A stretch of 64,000 nt of DNA from Candidatus Woesearchaeota archaeon. Its GTDB lineage: Archaea; Nanobdellota; Nanobdellia; Woesearchaeales; DSVV01. How positions within the stretch are numbered: the stretch's first letter is position 1; each line of letters starts with the position of its first letter. A program made the position numbers and the translations under genes. Shown here one piece after another: positions 39,098-47,989 of the stretch. Under the pieces are notes generated by a model. That model searched no databases, was not told where the DNA came from, and saw nothing but the letters and a program-made list of their open reading frames with translations. The stretch spans positions 133,503-197,502 of the forward strand of contig JACPTB010000005.1 of the NCBI GenBank assembly GCA_016192995.1. Reading direction: 5' to 3'.

Positions 39098-40057
39098 CTA
39101 ATCAAATACTTTTTTTAATTTTTTCTTCACTATTTTTTCTTCCTTCAAAATGAAGCGTTTTTCTCGAATAAAAAAAGCTGCCAAACCTGCAATACTGATC
39201 ATTATAACCGTTGCTGTCGTAATAATTTCCTTGTAGGTATGCACTTTTGTTTCAATAAGAGCTGCGCCAAATATTAACACAACTGCCATAGCAAGAAATA
39301 TACCAGCATCAGTCACAATATGATTGAATTTTTCTGAAAAAAGCTTTTCCCTTAATACTGCTTTTGAAATAACACCGCCAACAATTGCTGCTGAAAGGTA
39401 TGCTGTTGTTTCTCCAATCAAATGCGGCAAAATAGGAATTATTTCAATAAAAAAGGTTTCTGGTGTTTTAAATGCAACCCCAAACACAATTCCCCATACT
39501 GAAGCGTTCCATGCTAAAAACAATACTGAACCAGCCCCATAGACTAAAGATAGGATAAAGCAAACAAATAACACTAAGAGATTATTCATAAAAATCTCTA
39601 TCATAAATGGATCTAAACCAAAAGCTTTTCCTGTGTAGCCAGCCGCCTGCAATTGAGATGAAAATGCTTGATAAGTATATATTTCTGGCATAAGCAAGGC
39701 AATGCCAGCAAAGATGATAAAAACACCCATAAACATGAAAAAATAGATTTCAAATATGTCAGCATGATCTTTGAGAAGCAATCTCAAAGAGAGTTTTTTC
39801 TCCCGGATTTCCCGATTTTCTTCATCACTTAAGAGCTTATTTAAAGAAGGAATCAGTAATATTGCCGTAAAAGCTACTGACATTATGCTTGAACTATTAG
39901 GAAAGATTATTCTTGCACTGATAATACCTATGCTTGCATAGATAACACCGAGAACAAATGCATAGAGGGGTCTTTTTTCAAGCCAATTTGCTTTGAAAAG
40001 CTGTTCTAAAACCATATGATGTTTATGATAAGCACTTTTTATATAGTTTTTCATCAT
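39098..40057 (-). CDS. SpoIIM/DUF95-family membrane protein
   Basis: FFIEIIPILPHLIGETTAYLSAAIVGG resembles the DUF95 HG.FE.PA motif. Confidence 0.4.
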   Translation of the reverse strand: MMKNYIKSAYHKHHMVLEQLFKANWLEKRPLYAFVLGVIYASIGIISARIIFPNSSSIMSVAFTAILLIPSLNKLLSDEENREIREKKLSLRLLLKDHADIFEIYFFMFMGVFIIFAGIALLMPEIYTYQAFSSQLQAAGYTGKAFGLDPFMIEIFMNNLLVLFVCFILSLVYGAGSVLFLAWNASVWGIVFGVAFKTPETFFIEIIPILPHLIGETTAYLSAAIVGGVISKAVLREKLFSEKFNHIVTDAGIFLAMAVVLIFGAALIETKVHTYKEIITTATVIMISIAGLAAFFIREKRFILKEEKIVKKKLKKVFD

Positions 40058-40095
40058 AATGATACTATTTTCTACAAAAAGAAATTATGATTCCT

Positions 40096-40497
40096 CTATT
40101 CTAGCTTTATTCGCTTTATGCTTTTAACTTTATCAAAATCCACATCATCACTTACTATTAAGGTTACATTAAGTAGTTCCATAACTGCAAGATGAAAAGA
40201 ATCTCGAGGTTTTAAATTATATTTCTCCATGAAATCCAATGCTTTAACAGGAACTATGGGTGAAACTTCTTTTATGCTGAGATTAGGCATAGCATAAATA
40301 TCTTGAATTACTTGACGAATTAAAGCTTTCTTTTTATTTTTAATTATTACCCACATTACTTCCTCTAATGCTAAAACAGAGGTAACTGCAGTTTTCTTCC
40401 CGTCAATAATCTCTTTCTGCAGTGAACGTGCATTCTGACCTTTTTTCATTATATCAAAAAGCGCAAAAATAAAGAAATTTGCATCAAGGTATAACAT
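40096..40497 (-). CDS. vapC: PIN-domain toxin (VapC-like)
   Basis: MLYLDANFFIFALFD; 1-nt overlap with the upstream AbrB gene. Confidence 0.6.
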   Translation of the reverse strand: MLYLDANFFIFALFDIMKKGQNARSLQKEIIDGKKTAVTSVLALEEVMWVIIKNKKKALIRQVIQDIYAMPNLSIKEVSPIVPVKALDFMEKYNLKPRDSFHLAVMELLNVTLIVSDDVDFDKVKSIKRIKLE

Positions 40498-40748
40498 TAA
40501 AACTCCCCTTCATATAATTTATCCCCATACACAAAGCTCTTTGTCACATTTCCGCCTTCTTTTTTTGCGATTTCTTCCCATGCCTTTACTAAATCTCGTT
40601 CTGGAGCTGAGGTTATTTTAAGCACTTTTTTATCTACTTCTAAAAAAATCGTCTGGTCTTCATTGATACCAAGGCTTTCCCTAATCAGTTTAGGTATAAC
40701 AATTTGCCCCCGTGCCCCTACTTTTGTTTGTATCTGGATCATACCCAA
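40497..40748 (-). CDS. AbrB/MazE-type antitoxin
   Basis: IQTKVGARGQIVIPKLIRESLGINEDQTIFLEVD. Confidence 0.6.
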   Translation of the reverse strand: MGMIQIQTKVGARGQIVIPKLIRESLGINEDQTIFLEVDKKVLKITSAPERDLVKAWEEIAKKEGGNVTKSFVYGDKLYEGEF

Positions 40749-40825
40749 CTATAAAACATAACTGATATATAAAATTTCCTATTTATGGTATGAAAAAATC
40801 ATATCAAAAGTATGTATTTAAAAAA

Positions 40826-41146
40826 TCAGCTATAATCCCTGGTAACGCTCTTGCATTTCTCGCATTTGTAGAATTTTGTTTCAGGCTCGTCTGATGCCCG
40901 TGTTTGAACTGTCCAGAAATATGCTCTTTTATGCCCGCATTTTTTACAGCCAGAGAATTCAATCAGCGGATAAGCTTCTTTTTCTTCTTCAACAACACCA
41001 GCAGATTTAACATGGTCATGTTTTACGATATCTTTAAGCTTAATATCAGCTTTCTGTCCTGAATCGCCGCATTTTTTACAGAACATTACTGTTTTATCTT
41101 TGACCTTTGTTGGCATTAATATTGATCCGCATTGTTTACAAAACAT
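40826..41146 (-). CDS. tfs: transcription factor S (RNA polymerase subunit M paralogue)
   Basis: N-terminal CKQCGS...CKKCG ribbon and C-terminal CKKCGHKRAYFWTVQTRASDEPETKFYKCEKC with acidic DE loop. Confidence 0.75.
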   Translation of the reverse strand: MFCKQCGSILMPTKVKDKTVMFCKKCGDSGQKADIKLKDIVKHDHVKSAGVVEEEKEAYPLIEFSGCKKCGHKRAYFWTVQTRASDEPETKFYKCEKCKSVTRDYS

Positions 41147-41184
41147 TAGTATCAACCGTCCTTATTTTTATTTACTATTATTAC

Positions 41185-41883
41185 TTAATACTTCATACAT
41201 GCAATAAATGGCATGCCTTTTAGTTTTTTATAACCACAAACTGCAGTTACTTTTATCCAACCGAGATAGGGTACTCTTAAAAAAGCTTTTCCTAAATACC
41301 TGCGTTGATGAATATCATTTTCTCCTAATTCAACATGAGTTTTGCTGTTATGATCGCCTTTAGTGGTAAAATGATAACCATCTTCTTTCTTTTCTATATT
41401 TACTACACGATGGATAATAGGATGCGATGCTGCATTTGACTGAAAAACAATAACATCCCCTATTTGCACTTTTTCAGGTTTTTTAGCTGATTTCAAAAGC
41501 ATGATATCTGCCTTGTTAAAGCCATTCTTAAACGGAAATGCTTTGAATTGTTCTTTGGTAATATTTGTGTTGGAAGTATACCACCCCCCGCATAATTCCC
41601 AGTAAGCATCAAAATTCAACCGTTTTTCTTCTTCAAAGTTTTTTCCACAAATAGCTGGAGGCAGATTGTAATACGGCTCTACAATCTTATGCTCCATACT
41701 TCCAGAAACAACAGCTACAATAGGCAATGATGTTCCAAATGCAAAACTTAATCCTGGATATAATAAAAATCTAATAATAACAAATGCAAGAATAATATTC
41801 ACTATCCAGCTTGCTGCACTGTCATCTTCCCATACAAAATGCCAGAATTGCTTCAGTTTTTGCTTGAGGTCTTGTTTATCCAT
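41185..41883 (-). CDS. signal peptidase I (archaeal Sec11/S26B type)
   Basis: N-terminal TM helix then VVSGSMEH catalytic Ser box. Confidence 0.6.
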   Translation of the reverse strand: MDKQDLKQKLKQFWHFVWEDDSAASWIVNIILAFVIIRFLLYPGLSFAFGTSLPIVAVVSGSMEHKIVEPYYNLPPAICGKNFEEEKRLNFDAYWELCGGWYTSNTNITKEQFKAFPFKNGFNKADIMLLKSAKKPEKVQIGDVIVFQSNAASHPIIHRVVNIEKKEDGYHFTTKGDHNSKTHVELGENDIHQRRYLGKAFLRVPYLGWIKVTAVCGYKKLKGMPFIACMKY

Positions 41884-41932
41884 TATGTTACGATACTTTC
41901 ATCCTTTCGTTTTAAAATCTTGTGGTCTAAAA

Positions 41933-42148
41933 GGCTCTGGTGAAAATCTTTCAGGTTTTAGCGCCGGTTCAGCTTTTTAAGTGGATTTCGATTGGATTTT
42001 TCTCTCTGGCACTCCGAAAAATCCTCGATATCTCCTAAGAAGAGCTTCACGAAATAGGCGCTAAAACTATACGAATCAAAGAAAGTGTTGGATAACATTT
42101 GACTTTCTTTGATGGTATATTGCTGCGCAATACATTTTCACCAGAGCC
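41933..42148. mobile_element. hybrid MITE-like repeat (H1): family-B-type termini GGCTCTGGTGAAAAT enclosing a family-A core
   Basis: GGCTCTGGTGAAAATCTTTCAGG+TTTTAGCGCCGGTTCAGC...GGATTTTTCTCTCTGGCACTCCGAAAAATCC...GCGCTAAAACT...ATTTTCACCAGAGCC; fills the divergent promoter region between the signal peptidase and nmd3 genes. Confidence 0.75.
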
Positions 42149-42193
42149 TAAAACTAAGTTAATTATATAAATACTCATCGCTTTTTTACGGTT

Positions 42194-43207
42194 ATGAAAT
42201 GCATTATATGCGGTAAAAAGGCTGAACATGAAGTATTATGCGAAAAATGCCATGTTGATAAATATACTGCTATCGTTTCATTCACTAAATTTGATCTTAA
42301 AATATGCGGCACGTGCAATGCCTATATGTATGGCAAATCATGGCATCCACCTCTTAAATTAGAACAAGCTGTTCGGAAAGCGTTTTATGATTCAACTAAA
42401 TTTCATAAAAAACCCCAGGAATATGAAGCAGTTATTACCCTGCCAAAACATGAAGTTAAAATCGGCAATAAAGTAGTTGGCAAAGTAATAGTTACTATTA
42501 AAACCTCTATTAGCAACTCAATCAAAGAAGAAACTATGCACTATCCTCTTAAAATAAGATACACGCGATGTGATAATTGTTCAAAAAATATGAGCGGCTA
42601 TTTTCAAGGAGTCCTGCAATTGCGCAATGACAAAAGCAAGCAATTTGCTGCTGCTGCTGATTTTATCAGGAAAAAGACTGCTGAGAAAAAAGGCGTTGAA
42701 ATCACTAAGGAGGATCCTGTCAAAAATGGCATTGATTTCTATATCACTTCCAAAGCATATCTTAACACCCTGGGAAAAATAGTAAGCAATCAATTTGGCG
42801 CAGAACTTAAAGTTGCAGCTGAACTATTTACGCAAGATAAACAAACCAGCAAAGAAGTGTATCGCACTAATCTTCTGATAAGATTGCCTCAGTTTAACAT
42901 TGGTGATGTTATCAGCTTGAATCGAAAACTGATATTAATAAAAACAATTAGGGATAAATCAGTTGAAGGGATTGATTTGAAAACAAATAAATACGTTAAA
43001 GAACACTATCTCGGCAAAGAATATGAAATTGTTGCTGCTTCTGATGATTTTCTTGAAGCAGATATTACCAGAAAAAAACCATTTCTTGAAATTTTAGATC
43101 CAAAAACATATCAACCAGTAAAAGTCGAAAATGAACAAGTGCTTGAACCTCAACAAGATAAAGTTTCTGTTGTTTGTATTAATGATAGATGGTATCTGGT
43201 TCAGTGA
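42194..43207 (+). CDS. Nmd3-family ribosomal large-subunit export/biogenesis factor (archaeal)
   Basis: Four CxxC pairs (CIICGKK, CEKCH, CGTC, CDNCSK) in the N-terminal domain and length typical of archaeal Nmd3. Confidence 0.5.
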   Translation: MKCIICGKKAEHEVLCEKCHVDKYTAIVSFTKFDLKICGTCNAYMYGKSWHPPLKLEQAVRKAFYDSTKFHKKPQEYEAVITLPKHEVKIGNKVVGKVIVTIKTSISNSIKEETMHYPLKIRYTRCDNCSKNMSGYFQGVLQLRNDKSKQFAAAADFIRKKTAEKKGVEITKEDPVKNGIDFYITSKAYLNTLGKIVSNQFGAELKVAAELFTQDKQTSKEVYRTNLLIRLPQFNIGDVISLNRKLILIKTIRDKSVEGIDLKTNKYVKEHYLGKEYEIVAASDDFLEADITRKKPFLEILDPKTYQPVKVENEQVLEPQQDKVSVVCINDRWYLVQ

Positions 43208-43380
43208 AGAGAACTTTGCAAAATACTCGCATAGCTCGGGTTACTGCCAGTTCGCATTGAGATATATGCTTGACAAAGCAATTTTCTCTCTGGAACTCCG
43301 AAAATTGCCCGATAAGTATTTCGAAAATGCTCACAAAATAGGCAGTAACCATAATTTTGCAAAGTTCTCCGAAGAAGAAC

Positions 43381-44808
43381 CTATCCATTGAAATTTCCTT
43401 CTTTAAAGCAAGCATATCTTGTTCTTATTTCTATTCCTAATTCAGTAGTTACTTGAGTACGATTATGAAGATCTCTTGGAATAAAATCCTCAAGATCTGA
43501 TAATCGTAAAGCAAAACAGTTATTTCGAACTGCTCGATAATCATTTTCAGTTGTCATTTCCGCTGAAACTACATAAATTCCTTTTGCCATTAACGGTGTT
43601 CTACACATTTCACTAAAAGGAATACCATATCTAGTGTTTAATCTTCCTGCAGAATAAATTGCAAACGGTTCAATAATTAGATCATTAAAGTCATCATTAA
43701 TTATTTCATCGAATAATCTTACTTTTATATCATATAATTGAGCTTCGTTGTCTATCTTCCCTAAAAGTACATAGAAATTAAAAGGAGTTAAATAAACAAC
43801 TTTTATACCTTTTGTTTCAGAACCTATTCTTTCTGTCTTAAAATGTTGTGGATTAGTATCAATTTTTCTTCTCAAATTGCTCCGATCAGGCATAAAACGA
43901 CCATCGTCACATAAATCTCTTAAGAGATATGGTTTAACCCCAAAAGAATACCAACTTGGTAAATTGCCTTGAGCTCGAGAGCTTTTCACTGTTCTCTTGA
44001 ATTTATCAGGAATGTCTTCTACTTCAATTATCCCTCTTCGTTTATCTAAAGCAAATCGCTCAACTACTGATCGCAATTCCCTCACATTTCCCGGCCAAGA
44101 ATAACATTGTAGAAGTTCTAAAGCTTCTTCACTAATACCTTCTAAACTAACACCATGGTTACTATACCTATCATTATATTGTTTGATAAAATATGACAAC
44201 AATGGTAAGATATCTTGTCTCCTATCTCGAAGAGGTGCTAATCCTAGGGTATACGTATTTAACCGATAGAATAAATCTTGCCTAAATCTTCCTTCTTTTA
44301 TACAAGCTTCTAAATCGTGATTGGTTGCTGAAACAACACGAACATCAACCTCTGTTATTGCAGTGCTTCCTACTCTGGTTACTTTCCTGTCTTCTAAAAC
44401 TCTTAAAATCTTTGCTTGCAAATCAGGAGACATATCACCAATCTCATCAAGAAACAACGTGCCAGTGTTTGCAGCTTCAAATTTACCACTACGATCACTG
44501 GTAGCACCAGTAAATGATCCTTTCTTATGACCAAATAATTCTGATTCAAGTAAGTCTCGTGGTATAGCTGCACAGTTTACTGTAACAAAAGGTGCATACC
44601 TTCGAAAACTATTATAATGAAGTGCCTTCGCAACAACTTCTTTTCCTGTTCCAGTTTCTCCAGTAATTAAAACAGGCGTTGGAAAATTAGCAATTCGTTC
44701 TAATGTTTTTACTAACCCTAAAATATGATTACTTGTACCAACTAAATGACCATTATTACTACCTATTGCTAAACCTGTCTCTGCATAATCAGCTACTAAA
44801 TAAACCAT
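43381..44808 (-). CDS. sigma-54-activator-type (bEBP/NtrC-clade) AAA+ ATPase with novel C-terminal domain, no HTH
   Basis: Walker A GETGTGKE, Walker B LFLDEIGD, GAFTGA-like GSFTGA, R-finger RQDLFYRL; about 220-aa C-terminal region of unknown fold; GC-richer. Confidence 0.65.
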   Translation of the reverse strand: MVYLVADYAETGLAIGSNNGHLVGTSNHILGLVKTLERIANFPTPVLITGETGTGKEVVAKALHYNSFRRYAPFVTVNCAAIPRDLLESELFGHKKGSFTGATSDRSGKFEAANTGTLFLDEIGDMSPDLQAKILRVLEDRKVTRVGSTAITEVDVRVVSATNHDLEACIKEGRFRQDLFYRLNTYTLGLAPLRDRRQDILPLLSYFIKQYNDRYSNHGVSLEGISEEALELLQCYSWPGNVRELRSVVERFALDKRRGIIEVEDIPDKFKRTVKSSRAQGNLPSWYSFGVKPYLLRDLCDDGRFMPDRSNLRRKIDTNPQHFKTERIGSETKGIKVVYLTPFNFYVLLGKIDNEAQLYDIKVRLFDEIINDDFNDLIIEPFAIYSAGRLNTRYGIPFSEMCRTPLMAKGIYVVSAEMTTENDYRAVRNNCFALRLSDLEDFIPRDLHNRTQVTTELGIEIRTRYACFKEGNFNG

Positions 44809-44850
44809 TTTTAAGAGGAAGTTATCTTGTTTTATAAAGATTAATAATAT

Positions 44851-45372
44851 CTACCATACATCCCAATGTTCGTTGCCTTTAGTCTGCATATCAAGAACTT
44901 CTTTGACCACATTCTGCAGTTCGTACATTTTAAACCGGAGATTATCTTCCCATAATGAATCGAAGAATTCTTTGAAGACCTTTTGATATAAGAATTTCAG
45001 CATATGTTTTTTTAAGGTTGATTTTCCAAAACTATCAGTATAATCAAAATCAAGATTTCTTGTTAAACGGACATACATTCTTGCTTTCATTAATTTCTTT
45101 ACTTGGCCATCAGGTTGTGTTACATTAACATATTCTATTTCCCAAACTTGATAATGCACGAGAAGTTTAAACTTAACTACTTCATTGACTTTTTTCCATG
45201 CATCCCAATCTATACGAAGCTCTCTGCCATGGTCTTTATGCTCATAACGTATTTCATGAAGCTGATAACCCCTATAAATCAGCCAGTCATTTACTTTTTT
45301 ATAAAGATCCTGATAATCAAAAACACCTTTGAATAAAAGGTGCAGATCGAAAGGTGGAAAGGTTATGGGCAT
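44851..45372 (-). CDS. hypothetical protein (co-oriented upstream of the AAA+ gene)
   Basis: 173 aa, no recognisable motif; 42-nt spacing to the AAA+ gene. Confidence 0.4.
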   Translation of the reverse strand: MPITFPPFDLHLLFKGVFDYQDLYKKVNDWLIYRGYQLHEIRYEHKDHGRELRIDWDAWKKVNEVVKFKLLVHYQVWEIEYVNVTQPDGQVKKLMKARMYVRLTRNLDFDYTDSFGKSTLKKHMLKFLYQKVFKEFFDSLWEDNLRFKMYELQNVVKEVLDMQTKGNEHWDVW

Positions 45373-45416
45373 GATAGTTTAAAGAAATTGTCTTTTATAA
45401 ATATTATGCGACAAAC

Positions 45417-45616
45417 GGCTCTGGTGAAAATCTTTCAGGTTTTATTAAAAATCACTATTTTTAATCCCTGAGATCCTTCGGATTCAGGTAGCGCCGGTTC
45501 AGCTTTTGAAGTGTAGTTTGATTGGATTTTTCTCTCTGGAACTCCGAAAAATCCCCAAAATGAAGTTGAGGAGAGCTTCACAATATTGGCGCTAAAACTG
45601 CATTTTCACCAGAGCC
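45417..45616. mobile_element. hybrid MITE-like repeat (H2) with TSD GCGA(C/T)AAAC
   Basis: B-type termini plus A-type core plus extra internal palindrome; near-identical 9-mers on both flanks. Confidence 0.75.
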
Positions 45617-45975
45617 GCGATAAACCATTCTTTCACAAGTATCCCAACATATAAAGAACTATCAATAATACAATGATAAGAGCTAAAGCTACCCTATCCC
45701 TCTTTTTATAAAATGCATATACAATCGCTACTCCAACAAGAGTAATACCCACAAATTCAAGGCCTTTCATCAATTCTCACCAACAGCGATAAATAATGAT
45801 CCAATACCTATTAATGCTGTACCCACAATAGTCATTCGATTAGCCAATAATAAAAAACCTACTGCACCTAATACACCACCAATCATTCTTAAAACAAAGG
45901 AGTTTAATACTTTACCTTTCTTGTCAAACATACAAATTTATAGATGACAATACTTATATTTTTTTCCGTTTTATG

Positions 45976-46126
45976 TGCGTAATAAGTCTTATTAGGTTTT
46001 AGTGCCGGTTCAGCTTTTGAAGTGTATATCAATTGGATTTTTCTCTCTGGAACTCCGAAAAATCCCCACCGGGTTATAAGAAGAGCTTCACAATATTGGC
46101 GCTAAAACCCCAGACTTATTACGCAC
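45976..46126. mobile_element. family-A MITE-like repeat (A3; variant termini GTGCGTAATAAGTCT)
   Basis: Same core as A1/A2; its right end supplies the last codons and the stop codon of ribH. Confidence 0.7.
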
Positions 46127-46589
46127 TCAAAGTACGAAGCATAGCATCTAAAGCAGCTATTGCTCTTCGCCCATATTCTTCTTTTCTCGCATCTGCTGCT
46201 TCATAGCTTGCTTTTGGACCAATAACACCAAGAGTTACTGGTTTCTTATATTTTAAGCTTAATTCTGTGCAAGCTTGAGCACAGCAATGTGCTACAAGAA
46301 CATCATGATCTGTAGCACCTTGGATAACAGCTCCAAGCACTGCAACTCCTGCAATATCTTTTCTTTCGAGGAGTTGCTGCACTGCAAGAGGCGCATCATA
46401 CATTCCAGGTACTGTTATTACTTTAGCAACTTCTAATTTCAACAACTGCGCTGTTTTTCTTGCTGTTTCCAACATTACTAAAGTGATCTCTTGATTAAAT
46501 TCCCCTACTACAATACCAATGTTTGTTGGATTATTGTTTGCAATATTATTGTTATTAATGACCATGTTGAATAGAACCTGCATCTTCAC
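46119..46589 (-). CDS. ribH: 6,7-dimethyl-8-ribityllumazine synthase
   Basis: IGIVVGEFNQEIT...VPGMYDAPLAVQQL...VLGAVIQGATDHD. Confidence 0.7.
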   Translation of the reverse strand: MKMQVLFNMVINNNNIANNNPTNIGIVVGEFNQEITLVMLETARKTAQLLKLEVAKVITVPGMYDAPLAVQQLLERKDIAGVAVLGAVIQGATDHDVLVAHCCAQACTELSLKYKKPVTLGVIGPKASYEAADARKEEYGRRAIAALDAMLRTLSA

Positions 46590-47067
46590 TTCCTTGTCTT
46601 CTGCCAGTACCTGCTTGATGCGTCAAGGTAGTTTTTCCTTGTAATAAGGCGAGGGCATTCAAGGTATGTTTGTAAGCCCTATTTTTACAAAGAGTGTATA
46701 ATTTAGTTTCATCAAGTTTTCCATTGACACATGCCTCATCTATATGGACAAAAACTTCTAAAATATGCTTGTTAGTCATAAGTTGCACTTGTTGCAATCC
46801 AAGAGATGCTTCATGACTGCATTGTTTATCTATGGGTTCAGGACCTGCCATGCCTAAGGCAATAACAATATCACAATTATATTCTTCAATTAATTTTTTG
46901 CAGGCAATGGGTAAATCTTTGAACCCTGGAACTGTGTAGCGTTCTATGGTGCAAGAAAGAGTGTATTGCTGTTTGCCATCTTTGAGAGCTTGCTCTACAA
47001 AAGGAAAATAATCAACTCTTGAAAAGGTTGTATCTGCAATGCCGATTTTGATGTCAGTTGTTTTCAT
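46555..47067 (-). CDS. ribC: archaeal-type riboflavin synthase (lumazine-synthase-like)
   Basis: 170 aa; KIGIADTTFSRVDY ... ALGMAGPEP typical of MJ1184-type riboflavin synthase; overlaps ribH. Confidence 0.6.
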   Translation of the reverse strand: MKTTDIKIGIADTTFSRVDYFPFVEQALKDGKQQYTLSCTIERYTVPGFKDLPIACKKLIEEYNCDIVIALGMAGPEPIDKQCSHEASLGLQQVQLMTNKHILEVFVHIDEACVNGKLDETKLYTLCKNRAYKHTLNALALLQGKTTLTHQAGTGRRQGSEDAGSIQHGH

Positions 47068-47083
47068 TGTTTACCTTTTTATT

Positions 47084-47246
47084 GGCTCTGGTGAAAATGT
47101 AGTTTTTGGTGCCATGCTGGTGATTATCCTTCCAATTAATACGTGGGAAAAAAGGAAGTTCCAGTAGGAATTTTTTCCTTGTTAAACTTAGGTGAGATAA
47201 TCACGGCACCAAAACCGAGGCGTTAGCCGAGATTTTCACCAGAGCC
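47084..47246. mobile_element. family-B MITE-like repeat (B2)
   Basis: GGCTCTGGTGAAAATGTAGTTTTTGGTGCCATGCTGGTGATTATCC...GGATAATCACGGCACCAAAACCGAGGCGTTAGCCGAGATTTTCACCAGAGCC; abuts the ribK stop and the ribC start. Confidence 0.8.
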
Positions 47247-47896
47247 TATTCTATTATTATCTCACTTCCATCTTCTAACTCAAACTCACCTCTCAAATAA
47301 ACCGGAGCAATGATTTCGATAATATTTTCCGTATGAGTAGAACGCAATGGTTTGATTAAATAACCTGGCAGTTTTTTGTTTATTTTAATAGGATAGCAAA
47401 GTATTCCGCCAAAGGTTCTTTCTTTTGTGACAAAACCTTCAATTATAATCTGATTTTTTGTCTGGAAAAATTCTTTTAATTCCACGGGATTAACTTCAAT
47501 ATTCAAGGTTCCTGGATAGGGTGTCAGATTGAGTTTCTCTTTAAACTGTTTCTGGTAACCTTCAATTTGAACATAATATCTCCCTTCTCCTAAACCACTA
47601 ATAACTTTGCCGGTCCATTGTTTTAATGCTGTTCCAAATAATGATTTTAAGGTGATATAATTTTGCTCTAATAATTGCTTTGCCTCCAGAGTTAAGCTTA
47701 GTTTCATCCCTTCTGCAACTAATTCCTTATTTAAAAATCCCTTTTCTTCCAATTCTTTTATTTTTCTTGATGCTGTCTGCTGGGAAAAGCCAAGAGCATT
47801 GCCTAACTCCAAGGTAGACATAATAATGACATCATGCAATTTTGTCTTATATGCCATATATAATAATAGTGGCAGTTCTTCATTATAAGTATCCAT
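47246..47896 (-). CDS. ribK: CTP-dependent riboflavin kinase with N-terminal HTH (archaeal RibK)
   Basis: TPYPGTLNIE and C-terminal beta-barrel pattern; N-terminal wHTH. Confidence 0.65.
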   Translation of the reverse strand: MDTYNEELPLLLYMAYKTKLHDVIIMSTLELGNALGFSQQTASRKIKELEEKGFLNKELVAEGMKLSLTLEAKQLLEQNYITLKSLFGTALKQWTGKVISGLGEGRYYVQIEGYQKQFKEKLNLTPYPGTLNIEVNPVELKEFFQTKNQIIIEGFVTKERTFGGILCYPIKINKKLPGYLIKPLRSTHTENIIEIIAPVYLRGEFELEDGSEIIIE

Positions 47897-47989
47897 ATTA
47901 AGTACGATAAGAATAGTAAACTACTTATAAATGTTATGGTTAGCAGAAATGAGTATTATGTATAGATAAGAACTAAAGAAAGACAAACA

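Noticed and set aside
42047-42229. ORF 42047-42229 (-) and ORFs 49290-49487, 49454-49714, 49650-49886
   Set aside because: They lie inside, or largely inside, the palindromic repeat elements H1/A4 and are not conserved between copies; non-coding.
43381-44808. The sigma-54-type AAA+ gene as evidence of a bacterial contig or chimera
   Set aside because: It is embedded between clearly archaeal genes (nmd3, signal peptidase, archaeal riboflavin genes) on one contiguous sequence with the same repeat families on both sides; horizontal acquisition is more likely than misassembly.
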